Assembly: GCA_039028615.1 (NCBI GenBank)
Contig: JBCCHT010000017.1
Span: 32,001 to 96,000 of the forward strand
Direction: 5' to 3'
DNA: 64,000 bases
DNA from: Myxococcota bacterium
Lineage (GTDB): Bacteria; Myxococcota_A; Polyangia; Nannocystales; Nannocystaceae
How positions within the stretch are numbered: position 1 is the first letter of the stretch; the number at the start of each line of letters is the position of its first letter. This document shows positions 29,683 to 38,337 of this stretch, piece by piece. The translations under genes were made by a program, and so were the position numbers. Under the pieces are notes generated by a model that saw only the letters and a program-made list of their open reading frames with translations, did not search any database and had not been told where the DNA came from.

Positions 29683-30582
29683 TTGTCCTCCTCGGAAAAG
29701 CCCGCGGCCTCTTCATCGCCCGACGTCGAGCTCTACCCGGCGAGCGAGCACGACGTTCATATCGGCGTCAGCTTCGACACCTACCGGTTGTTGCGACCGA
29801 TCCAGGGCAAGATCCGCGCCGAGAACCTGCTGTGGAACTCGCTGTCGCACGCGGGGGTGCGCGAGACCTGGGAGGCGCCGCTGCGGGCAATTCAGTCGCT
29901 CGTGGGGCGTGACCGTACGATCTGGACGGTCGTGCTGGACCACGAATCGGGGGCGCTGTCGTGGGAGATCCGGGTGCTCAACGACGACGACGGTCGTGGC
30001 GCGCTCGGAGTATTTGGCCCGCTGCGCGAAGCCTTGATGCCTGGCGTCGAGCTGCCGGCCGTCGAGAGCCTGCCCGAGTATGCGGTGCTCACTCTGCGTT
30101 TCGATGCCACCTCGGCGCAGTCACCCGCGATGGCCATCGAGCTTCATCAGCCGGGTGCGACGCCGCGGCAGATGCAGCTGTCGCGGATCGATGGCGACGG
30201 GCTCCACCCCATCGGTCACGACGTCGCTCTGCACCCCAAGCGGGACATTCACGACGTGCTCGCGCAGATCAAGGACAGTCGCTTCGTCGACTACTCCAAG
30301 GATCGGCAGCTCCTCGGGCGGGCCTTGGTGCCCGAGCTGTTCGCGTGCCGCAGGGTCTACGTCGGGCGGCGGGATGACTGCGACGTGCTCGGGTTTTCGG
30401 GGATCAACATCGACCAGCTGAAGTTCGTGCATGCACGCTTCGAGTTTCCGGAGGCGATGCGGGCTTATCTCAACGATCACCGCGATCGGCTCGAGCACAT
30501 CATGTTCGATGTGACTACGGAGTACGTGGGTCGCGATGGGAAGATCGCCAATCTTCGGACCGGGTTTCGCTCGTGTTTCTAG
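29683..30582 (+). CDS. Hypothetical protein (paralog of 27523-28407)
   Basis: Shares RAENLLWNSL, HPKRDI, PELF, SGINIDQL and HIMFDV with its paralog. Confidence 0.72.
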   Translation: MSSSEKPAASSSPDVELYPASEHDVHIGVSFDTYRLLRPIQGKIRAENLLWNSLSHAGVRETWEAPLRAIQSLVGRDRTIWTVVLDHESGALSWEIRVLNDDDGRGALGVFGPLREALMPGVELPAVESLPEYAVLTLRFDATSAQSPAMAIELHQPGATPRQMQLSRIDGDGLHPIGHDVALHPKRDIHDVLAQIKDSRFVDYSKDRQLLGRALVPELFACRRVYVGRRDDCDVLGFSGINIDQLKFVHARFEFPEAMRAYLNDHRDRLEHIMFDVTTEYVGRDGKIANLRTGFRSCF

Positions 30583-31394
30583 GCGGGCGGCTCGGTGGGA
30601 TTGCGCTGGTCTTCGGGCTTGGTGCCGTCGGCTGCAGCAAGCCCGTCTCCGGGCCGACGACGGGGGAGCCACCGCGGGAACAGAGCGTGGCGCGGGCACC
30701 CGAGGTCCTCGATCCGCCGCGAGCCGTGCCTGCGCGCTCGGGGCCGTGCCCGGATGGGATGATCTTGCTCGAACCGGCACCTGACGACGGGTTGGAGGCG
30801 TTTTGTCTCGGGGAGATCGAGGTGACGGTTGCGGAGTATCGGCGGTGTTTGGAGGCCGGGGTTTGTGATGCGATCGATCCCGATTTGATGGACCCGCCGC
30901 GCAAGGCGACGTTGTTGGGGGACGATGATCAGATGCCGATCAACTTCATCGGGGGGGATGAAGGGACGCAGTATTGTGGGTTCATCGGCGGGCGGCTACC
31001 GACCGAGGCGGAGTGGACGTGGGCAGCGGAGTCGGGCAAGGGCCAGCAGTACCCTTGGGGGAGCCAGACCGAATCCGACAAAGAATACTATTGCGGCGCC
31101 TGGATACGGCCGGGGCAGAACTTCACGGACCCCATTCCGTGCCGTGCTCGCCAATACTCCACAGATCGCACGGAGCAAGGGATCTACGACATGATGGGCA
31201 GCCTCAACGAGATCGTGGCTCAGGATGACGAAGGGAACTACGGTTCTGCTCACCCGCCTGCGACCAAGGGGACAGAGCCGAATCCGTCGAAAGTGGAATA
31301 CGTATCGAACAAGCGGACCTTCACTTTCCGCGGCTGGCCGTTCATGTACCAGGACCATCTGGGCCTACGCTGCGCCGGCACGCCAACACCGTAG
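30573..31394 (+). CDS. FGE-sulfatase (SUMF1)-domain lipoprotein
   Basis: Lipobox GAVGC; EVTVAEY, RLPTEAEW, YPWG, IYDMMGSLNE, GLRC. Confidence 0.8.
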   Translation: MFLGGRLGGIALVFGLGAVGCSKPVSGPTTGEPPREQSVARAPEVLDPPRAVPARSGPCPDGMILLEPAPDDGLEAFCLGEIEVTVAEYRRCLEAGVCDAIDPDLMDPPRKATLLGDDDQMPINFIGGDEGTQYCGFIGGRLPTEAEWTWAAESGKGQQYPWGSQTESDKEYYCGAWIRPGQNFTDPIPCRARQYSTDRTEQGIYDMMGSLNEIVAQDDEGNYGSAHPPATKGTEPNPSKVEYVSNKRTFTFRGWPFMYQDHLGLRCAGTPTP

Positions 31395-33479
31395 TCACAG
31401 TTTGAGTTCGACGTGAAAGCGATCGAAGTCTTGAGCCAAATATCCCTTGGACTCGAACTCCTCATCGATGACCCCCGCAAGTTCAAACTCGACCTTCACG
31501 TCGAGTCCTTTGAACTCGGCATCGAGATAGGCGCCGAAGCGCTCGTCGTCGACATCGAAGATGAATCCCATCATCGCATCGAGCCCCAGGGACACGGTCA
31601 CGGTAATCGATCCGAGAAGGTCATAGTCTTCACCGAAGATCAGCTCGTCAAAGTCAGCCTTTCCAACCCCCGTCCACCTGAGCATTCCCCCAACCTCGAA
31701 CGTTGAGGCTCCCGGCTTTCCAGTACCAAACGACGGGATCTTCTTGTCCGGGTGCTCCACACGATAGTCTGGCGTGCCTCCGACGTCCCCAGAGAAAGAG
31801 CCCTCGAATTTGATGGAGCCTAAACGGGAGCGGATTTTATCGGGCAGCTTGTCCAGAATCTTGCGACCGATCTTTGACCGCTTCAGGTAGTTGAGGAGCT
31901 TCGAGAACGAGATCTCCATCTCCACCGAGCACTTCGCCAGCGGAGTGGCATCGACGAAGAAGAAGAACCCAAAGTAGCTCCGAAAATCTCTCTTCGTTCC
32001 CTTTGGCCCCGGGTGCTCTCGCCATTCACCCGTGAGCCCGCCCTTGAAGTCCTCCTTTTCGAGGACCCTCAGCTCAAAGTCCTCGGCGACTAGGTTTCCG
32101 GCTTCCTTCCAGATCCGCAGCGGTACATCCCACAGATCCTTGCGCAGGAGGCTCCGGATCGTCTCCATGTCGAAGTGGTACGCGGCGTCGGGATAAACCT
32201 TCACCTCGCACGTCTCCGTGCGGCCATCCTTGCTCGCCGTCACGCGGTGCCGCTTCGGCGTGTACCGCATCAGCTCGAAGAATCCCGGGTCGTACAGCGG
32301 AATGTGCTTGGCGACGAGGTCTGCGACGGGCGCCGTGTTAGGAACGCCGTCGACCTCCCAATCGACGGTCGTGACCGGCTCCGTCTCGAAGAGGATGAGG
32401 TCGTTCATCGTCCCCGGTACGACCTCGATCGCATCCCGTCCTGAGCTGTAGATCGACCGCCGGTTGACGTGGGCATCGTCCTCGCACTTTGCCCTCAGCG
32501 ACCACGTCTCCACCTTGGGAGGCGTGGGCGGAGGTGGTGGTGGTGGCGGAGGAGGCGGTGGCGGAGGAGGCGGAGGCGGAGGCGGCGGATCGGGCGGTGG
32601 CCGCCACGGGTCGACCAGCTCACACTCGTGCCCCCGCGCCAATCGATCGTAGTACCGACACGTAAACGTCCGATCGCTACGCAGGAACGGCTCCTTCGGC
32701 TTCCCACCGACAATCCGCGGCCAGTACTGCAACGAATCACTCGGCTGCCGACGCCGACGCCCCGCATCCGACCACTGCCGCGATCGACATTTGTCGACGC
32801 CCGCGCCCGCCACGGGGCACGGCCACTGCGCTCCGACGTAGGTCCCGGGCTCGAAGAAGTACGCGAGCACCCTCCGATTGACCGACGAGAGCCGAACTCG
32901 TTGCGGCCCCGACAGCCGCGACAGCAGGCTCGCCGCAGGCCGCAGCACGGGGTTGAACTCGGCGCACGACTGCATGGCCCGCTCGCCGTCATCGAGATAG
33001 TCGAAGGGCTCGAGTCGTCGACCCCCTCCGAGCTCGGCAAAGTACTCGCTCAACGCCTGCTCGGTCGCGCTACCCCAAGCCTCGGTGCCGGGATCGAAGC
33101 CGGCCTCACGCAGCATCTCGCGCAGATGAGCCATGTCCGCAGGGCCCTGGGCGAACAGCTCGAACCACATGCTCGGGTCCGCATTGAGCACGCCATAGAC
33201 CGCCTGCGCTCGCTCGGCCGCCAGCCGATGGTTGTAGTCGTCGCTACCCGCCGCATCCGTGTGCCCGAACAGCGCGATCGGAGCATCGGGGTGACGCTCC
33301 CGGATCGCCCAGAACTCATCGAAAGCTGGCTTGGCGCGCGGACCGATGAGCTTGTGATCGAAGCGAAACACCCCGTCACCGAGCCGCCAGCACGCGACCG
33401 TACGCAGGGGCGCCCGCAGCCGGTTGTGGGTGTCCGGCGACACGGACACCGAGACACGGCGTCGCTCGTCGTCACTCAT
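31395..33479 (-). CDS. OmpA-like domain protein with poly-Pro linker and lower-GC C-terminal domain
   Basis: FRFD, LFGHTDAAGSDDYNHRLAAERA, NRRV; long poly-Pro tract at about 32518-32600. Confidence 0.72.
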   Translation of the reverse strand: MSDDERRRVSVSVSPDTHNRLRAPLRTVACWRLGDGVFRFDHKLIGPRAKPAFDEFWAIRERHPDAPIALFGHTDAAGSDDYNHRLAAERAQAVYGVLNADPSMWFELFAQGPADMAHLREMLREAGFDPGTEAWGSATEQALSEYFAELGGGRRLEPFDYLDDGERAMQSCAEFNPVLRPAASLLSRLSGPQRVRLSSVNRRVLAYFFEPGTYVGAQWPCPVAGAGVDKCRSRQWSDAGRRRRQPSDSLQYWPRIVGGKPKEPFLRSDRTFTCRYYDRLARGHECELVDPWRPPPDPPPPPPPPPPPPPPPPPPPPPTPPKVETWSLRAKCEDDAHVNRRSIYSSGRDAIEVVPGTMNDLILFETEPVTTVDWEVDGVPNTAPVADLVAKHIPLYDPGFFELMRYTPKRHRVTASKDGRTETCEVKVYPDAAYHFDMETIRSLLRKDLWDVPLRIWKEAGNLVAEDFELRVLEKEDFKGGLTGEWREHPGPKGTKRDFRSYFGFFFFVDATPLAKCSVEMEISFSKLLNYLKRSKIGRKILDKLPDKIRSRLGSIKFEGSFSGDVGGTPDYRVEHPDKKIPSFGTGKPGASTFEVGGMLRWTGVGKADFDELIFGEDYDLLGSITVTVSLGLDAMMGFIFDVDDERFGAYLDAEFKGLDVKVEFELAGVIDEEFESKGYLAQDFDRFHVELKL

Positions 33480-33957
33480 GGGGGGCCACGCGCTCGAGGG
33501 TGAAGGTGCAGCCACCGTCCTCGGACAACCCATCGAGTCGGCCCGTCGCTTGCGCATCGAGCTCGAGTGCATGGGTGCTCCCGCTGGGGTCGAGCACCTG
33601 CACGCGATAGCCCGGCAACGGCCGCCCCCGAGGGTCGACCACTTCCACCCCGACCCACGCATCGGGTCGCGGCCGCGGAGGCTCGGGCACACCATCCATC
33701 GGCCCCAGCTCGAGCAAGTCGTGGACACGGGGCTCATCGAGCATGCCCGGCTCGCGATCGAGCCGCACCAACGACAGCCGGCCACTGGTCAGGCCATTCA
33801 CCAGCTCGCGCTCGTCGACGCTGTCGGGGTCGGGGTGCTCCGCGAGCAAGCGCTTCACCAGCCGACGCGCCGCATCCTCGGGCATACCCGTGAGCACGTC
33901 TCGGCGCGGGACCAGCAGAACCTTGTTGCCGGCCGCGGACCGTATTGTGATGGCCAC
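33472..33957 (-). CDS. Hypothetical protein with C-terminal Ig/carboxypeptidase-regulatory-like segment
   Basis: WVGVEVVDPRGRPLPGYRVQVLDPSG; overlaps the downstream start; TACGCT 7 nt upstream of GTG. Confidence 0.55.
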   Translation of the reverse strand: MAITIRSAAGNKVLLVPRRDVLTGMPEDAARRLVKRLLAEHPDPDSVDERELVNGLTSGRLSLVRLDREPGMLDEPRVHDLLELGPMDGVPEPPRPRPDAWVGVEVVDPRGRPLPGYRVQVLDPSGSTHALELDAQATGRLDGLSEDGGCTFTLERVAPHE

Positions 33958-33985
33958 CGCGGCCAGCGTAGCATGTCGTTTCTCG

Positions 33986-34606
33986 ATGACTCGCCGACAC
34001 ACGATCGAGCCCGGCGACCATGTCGTTCGCCTCGCGTACGACCATGGGCACGAGCGGGTCGAGGCGGTGTGGTCCCATCCCGACAATGCGTCACTGCGCT
34101 CGCGTCGTCCCGATCCCGGTGTACTCGCCCCCGGTGACGTGGTCGCGATTCCCGAGGCCGCACCGCGCGTGCTCGAGAACCTCCCGACGCGCCGTCGCCA
34201 TCGCGTGGTCATCCCCCTCCCCTTGCCCACGCTGAAGCTTCGGCTGCAGCGACCGGGCGACATCCCCTACGCCTACGTTCGCTGTCGGGTCGAACTCGAT
34301 GGCGAGCGCCACGACCTCAGCACGGGCCCCGAGGGTGACCTCGAGATCGAGCTCGGTCCCCATACCCGCGAGCTGTCGCTGGAGTGGGCGGGCCAGTGGC
34401 TCGAGCTGGACATCGCGTTCCTGCAGCCGGTCGACTCCGAGCCGGGTTGGCTCGCTCGACTCGAGAACCTCGGCTATGCGCCCGGGCCCGATACCTACGG
34501 GGTGCGGTCTGCCATCGAGGAGTTTCAGTGCGACCACGGCCTCACCGTCGACGGCGAGGTCGGCCCGCAGACGCAGCGGGCGCTGCTGGAGGCCCACGGC
34601 GCGTAG
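33986..34606 (+). CDS. LysM-like + peptidoglycan-binding domain protein
   Basis: HTIEPGD...WSHPDNASLR..PGVLAPGD; RLENLGY, AIEEFQCDHGLTVDGEVGPQT. Confidence 0.8.
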   Translation: MTRRHTIEPGDHVVRLAYDHGHERVEAVWSHPDNASLRSRRPDPGVLAPGDVVAIPEAAPRVLENLPTRRRHRVVIPLPLPTLKLRLQRPGDIPYAYVRCRVELDGERHDLSTGPEGDLEIELGPHTRELSLEWAGQWLELDIAFLQPVDSEPGWLARLENLGYAPGPDTYGVRSAIEEFQCDHGLTVDGEVGPQTQRALLEAHGA

Positions 34607-34774
34607 ACTCCCGTCCGCGACCCCTTCGAGGCGATAAACCTCGTGATATCAGCACCTTGAAAACCCGGGGTAGGATTACCTGCGGTGCGACTTCGGCCTC
34701 ATCCTTTCTCGAGACTGCCGGCCTACCCGGCGGTGGTTCGGGACGCACGCGGGGCCGCGGCCTGAGGAATCGGC

Positions 34775-36172
34775 ATGGAGAGTTACAAGGGCCGATTCGA
34801 TCCGACACGCTTCGAGGACCTGACGGTCACCGTCGAGTTCCACTGCCATAGCGCGTGTCGGTTCTGCATCGTGCAAGAGGGGATGAACTACTTCAAGGGC
34901 GTGCCCTTCGAGGTGTTCAAGGCGGCGGCCGACGACAACGCGAAGTCGCAGCGCTACCGACGGATCACGTTCACGGGCGGCGAGGTGACGCTCGAAGCGA
35001 AGCTCTTCGACTACGTCCACTACGCCCGGGACGTGGGCAAGTTCGAGCACATCCGCCTGCAGACCAACGGGCGACTGTGTGCGAAGCCGGAGTTCGCCAA
35101 GCGACTGGTGGACGCGGGGATCGACGAGTTCTTCGTGTCGCTGCACGGGCACGACGCGAAGACGCAGGACTACATCTCGCGCCGCCCGGGGAGCTTCGAC
35201 GAGGCGATCGCGGGCATGGAGAACCTGGCGGCGCTCGACGTGTGCCTGATGACCAACACGGTCCTCACCACGCTCAACCAGCCTCACCTGGCGGACATCG
35301 TGGAGACGGTACAGCGGCTCAAGCCGGTTCGCATGGAGTGGTGGAACTACCTCCCGATGGAGGACTACACCGACGAGCGCGAGCTGCTGTCGCCGATGCA
35401 CAAGCTCGCGCCGTCGCTGCGGGAGGCGCTGGCCCGGGCCAACGGGTACGGCATCGAGACGGCGGTGAAGTACGTGCCCCGCTGCTTGCTCGGCGACCAC
35501 GCCAAGAGCCAGGACAACACGCAGTCCGATGTGCTGATCGTCGAGGAGTTCTACGACATCTATCCCAAGTTCGCGTGCGCGTACGAAGCCCACTGCGAGT
35601 ACGCAGAGTCGTGCCTGGGGCTGCACCATCCGTACATCACGAAGTACGGCTGGGAAGAGGACGTGCTGACCCCGTACGCGCGCAGCACCGACTGGGAAGA
35701 GCCGGAGTACGGGCCGTGGGTGGGCTCGGATCGCCCCGGGCACGCAGATGCGCCGGCCACCGATCAGCCGGAGTGGACCTCGTTGGTCGATGGGGTCGCG
35801 GAGCGCCATGGCGCGACGCTGGCCGAGGTGATCATGCAGCGCCGCGCCTGCGTATATCGCTTCGAGCTTCGGCCGGGCGTGCGTGTGGACGTGCTGCTCA
35901 CCGCGCTCAGCCAGGACCACGCGCTGGCCAAGAGCGCGTCGTTCAACCTGCACTACCGCAACCTGCGGGCCGACCTCGATGATCCGGAGCAACGCAGCGC
36001 GCTGGCGGCCCTGGTGAAGGACGCGGTCAATACGGTCCGGGATCGCGACCCGGGCGGCATGCGGCTCGATGTTCGCAAGGGCTTGGTCGGACCCGAGGCG
36101 CTGCGACGTCGCCCCCGCTCGAAGCCCGCCCAAAAGCCGGGGGTGAAGAGCCTCCGCGTGCTCAACGACTGA
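34775..36172 (+). CDS. Radical SAM protein with C-terminal accessory domain
   Basis: CHSACRFC, TGGEVT, LQTNG, SLHG; VPRC...CAYEAHCEYAESCLG; GAGG RBS. Confidence 0.88.
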   Translation: MESYKGRFDPTRFEDLTVTVEFHCHSACRFCIVQEGMNYFKGVPFEVFKAAADDNAKSQRYRRITFTGGEVTLEAKLFDYVHYARDVGKFEHIRLQTNGRLCAKPEFAKRLVDAGIDEFFVSLHGHDAKTQDYISRRPGSFDEAIAGMENLAALDVCLMTNTVLTTLNQPHLADIVETVQRLKPVRMEWWNYLPMEDYTDERELLSPMHKLAPSLREALARANGYGIETAVKYVPRCLLGDHAKSQDNTQSDVLIVEEFYDIYPKFACAYEAHCEYAESCLGLHHPYITKYGWEEDVLTPYARSTDWEEPEYGPWVGSDRPGHADAPATDQPEWTSLVDGVAERHGATLAEVIMQRRACVYRFELRPGVRVDVLLTALSQDHALAKSASFNLHYRNLRADLDDPEQRSALAALVKDAVNTVRDRDPGGMRLDVRKGLVGPEALRRRPRSKPAQKPGVKSLRVLND

Positions 36173-36327
36173 GCGTCGACGCCCGTACGATTTCTCCGTC
36201 GGTGGTGGAGAGCGACGCATCACCGAGAGCGGAGCGCGTCCGCGGGCGGAGCCGAAATTCGTCACACACGAGGCTCGATTCGCCCCGAGAGTGAAAGAAA
36301 ACCGGCGGCGTGGGCATACCTCCATCG

Positions 36328-38106
36328 ATGCCCCAAACGAAGGTCCGTCGGCGCGCGCTTCATGGAGCCATGCTCACGTTCGTGGGTCTGATGGGCTGCG
36401 GGCCCAGCCCCCGGGCAACGCCCGCCTCCACGGCCCCGGCCACCTCGGCACCGGACCAGCCCCCCTCCCCGCCGCTGACCTGCGTGGAGAAGCTCGGGAT
36501 CGAGATACCGCCCGACGTCGAAACCATGGAAGACCCCACCACCTGGGTCTCGCTGCGCGAACTGTACCCTGCGCGCCCGCCCGCGGATCTGCGCGTCACC
36601 GCCTCGCCTCCGCCGAAGGGCACCATCAACCTCGGGGAGCACGAGGTGTTCCTGCCCTCCTGGGCGGATCAATGGGGGCTGTCGTGGTCGTGGGAAGGGC
36701 CCGATCTCGACCCGGCCATGGTCGAGCCCGGACTCGAGCCCGAGGCCCACGCCGCCCTGGTCGAGTTCTTGGAATCTCTCGACCGCTTCGAAGACGCCAC
36801 CGCGAAGCGAACCCGTGCGGTCCAGGAGCTGTACTACCTGATCGCCGTGGCCAACGAGACGGACGAGTTCTTCGAACGCGCGTCGGATTGTTTCGACTCG
36901 GTGGAGCGGCACCACGACGATGCGGTGGAAGAAGCCGAGCTGCGGATGATGGACGCCCGCGACCGCGTGAGCTCGCGATTGGCGGAAGCGAAGCAACGGA
37001 ACGGCACTCTGACTCCCGAGGAGCGCTACCTCCAAGCGGAGATGCGAGTCTACGACGAGGAGTCGGACATCGACGAGCTCGTCGAGCGCTTCAAGGAGAT
37101 CGCCGACGATCCCCGCACTCCGCCGCTGATCCGAGCACACGCCCTCGAGCTGGTCATCGTCTATACCGGAGATGAACAGCTGCTGCGGCAGACCCTCACG
37201 ATGGACCTCGAGCCCGAGTTCGAGCAGCGGCTCATGGTGCTCCTGGTCGACACCTACGACGAGGAAGACGAGCACGAGGTCGCACTGCTCGACGAGGTCA
37301 TCGCGTACCTCGAAACGCAACCGTACTCACCCGAGCTGGCGCGGCAACGAGGGCGACGCGCCCGATACCGGCTGGTCGCGGGGGACGTCGTCGGGGCGAG
37401 GGATGATGCGATCGCCTGCCTACGCGAGCCCGCCGTCGATCCCTTCGATGACGAGTACACGGAGGCCTGGGCGTGCACCGAGAGCCTGGCCTCCGCGTTG
37501 ACCACCCTCGGTACGGAGGCGCCCGATACCACCATTCCCCCGAGCGTCGTAGGGCTGATGGCGCCTCGGCTCATGGTCCACGCTGCGCTCCACCACGACA
37601 TCGCCACCGCCCGACACGTGGGGCATGTCGCGCTCCGAGTCGCGCCCGAGTCACCCAACATCCCGCTCGTGCTCGATCACCTCACCGAGCTGGAGCCCGA
37701 TCCCCACACCCGGGAGCGACTGCAGCGCGACCGGGAGCGAGTCATCGCCTCGGGACCTTGGCGGGACGCTCAGCTGGGGCGCCTCGCCTTCGACGAGGAA
37801 GAGGAAGACGTACTCCACGAGCTCGATCACCTCACGGAGGAGCGCCCCGAGCCCCGCGAGGCCGAAGAGATCACGCAAGGGCCCGACTGGAAGCTGCACC
37901 TCGAGAACATCGTGGGCGCGTGCCGCCTGCAGCTCCAGCCGGGCGAGCGCTACCGCATCGATGTCCAGGGGCACGCCGATGCGCCACCGAAGATTTCGGT
38001 CCGAGGCCCGAAGGCTCGCGCGTGCATCGAGGCCGAGCTTCCAGGCTACCTACGTGACTTCGGCACCGCCCGCCTCCGGGCGGTGCTGAAGATCGAAGAC
38101 GACTAG
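36328..38106 (+). CDS. Acidic helical (TPR-like) lipoprotein, hypothetical
   Basis: Basic N-terminus, hydrophobic stretch and LMGC lipobox; long ORF with typical codon usage. Confidence 0.6.
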   Translation: MPQTKVRRRALHGAMLTFVGLMGCGPSPRATPASTAPATSAPDQPPSPPLTCVEKLGIEIPPDVETMEDPTTWVSLRELYPARPPADLRVTASPPPKGTINLGEHEVFLPSWADQWGLSWSWEGPDLDPAMVEPGLEPEAHAALVEFLESLDRFEDATAKRTRAVQELYYLIAVANETDEFFERASDCFDSVERHHDDAVEEAELRMMDARDRVSSRLAEAKQRNGTLTPEERYLQAEMRVYDEESDIDELVERFKEIADDPRTPPLIRAHALELVIVYTGDEQLLRQTLTMDLEPEFEQRLMVLLVDTYDEEDEHEVALLDEVIAYLETQPYSPELARQRGRRARYRLVAGDVVGARDDAIACLREPAVDPFDDEYTEAWACTESLASALTTLGTEAPDTTIPPSVVGLMAPRLMVHAALHHDIATARHVGHVALRVAPESPNIPLVLDHLTELEPDPHTRERLQRDRERVIASGPWRDAQLGRLAFDEEEEDVLHELDHLTEERPEPREAEEITQGPDWKLHLENIVGACRLQLQPGERYRIDVQGHADAPPKISVRGPKARACIEAELPGYLRDFGTARLRAVLKIEDD

Positions 38107-38337
38107 ACGACGAAGATCCGGGAGCGGCAATGCTCGCCCCGAGCACCGAGAAGGGGGTGGTCACCCCGCCCCTCCGCGGTCTTCACCACGAGGGTCGACC
38201 CGGAGGAGGCGGTGCTCTGCTGCCCGTTCTCGGCCATATGGCGGACGGTCGCCCGTTTCGCCGACCGCGGCGCGCTCACCGGGTGTCGCGAGCCATGACT
38301 TGCGCCGCGGAAGCGATTTCAGCATCTTCGATCCTGG

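Noticed and set aside
30573..31394. FGE-sulfatase gene as a diversity-generating retroelement target
   Set aside because: No reverse transcriptase or template-repeat copy was seen in the window.
38141..38217. Branched hairpin (gagcaccg...cggtgctc) upstream of the PhyH fusion as a riboswitch or ncRNA
   Set aside because: Short GC-rich stems are expected by chance, and I recognised no aptamer motif.
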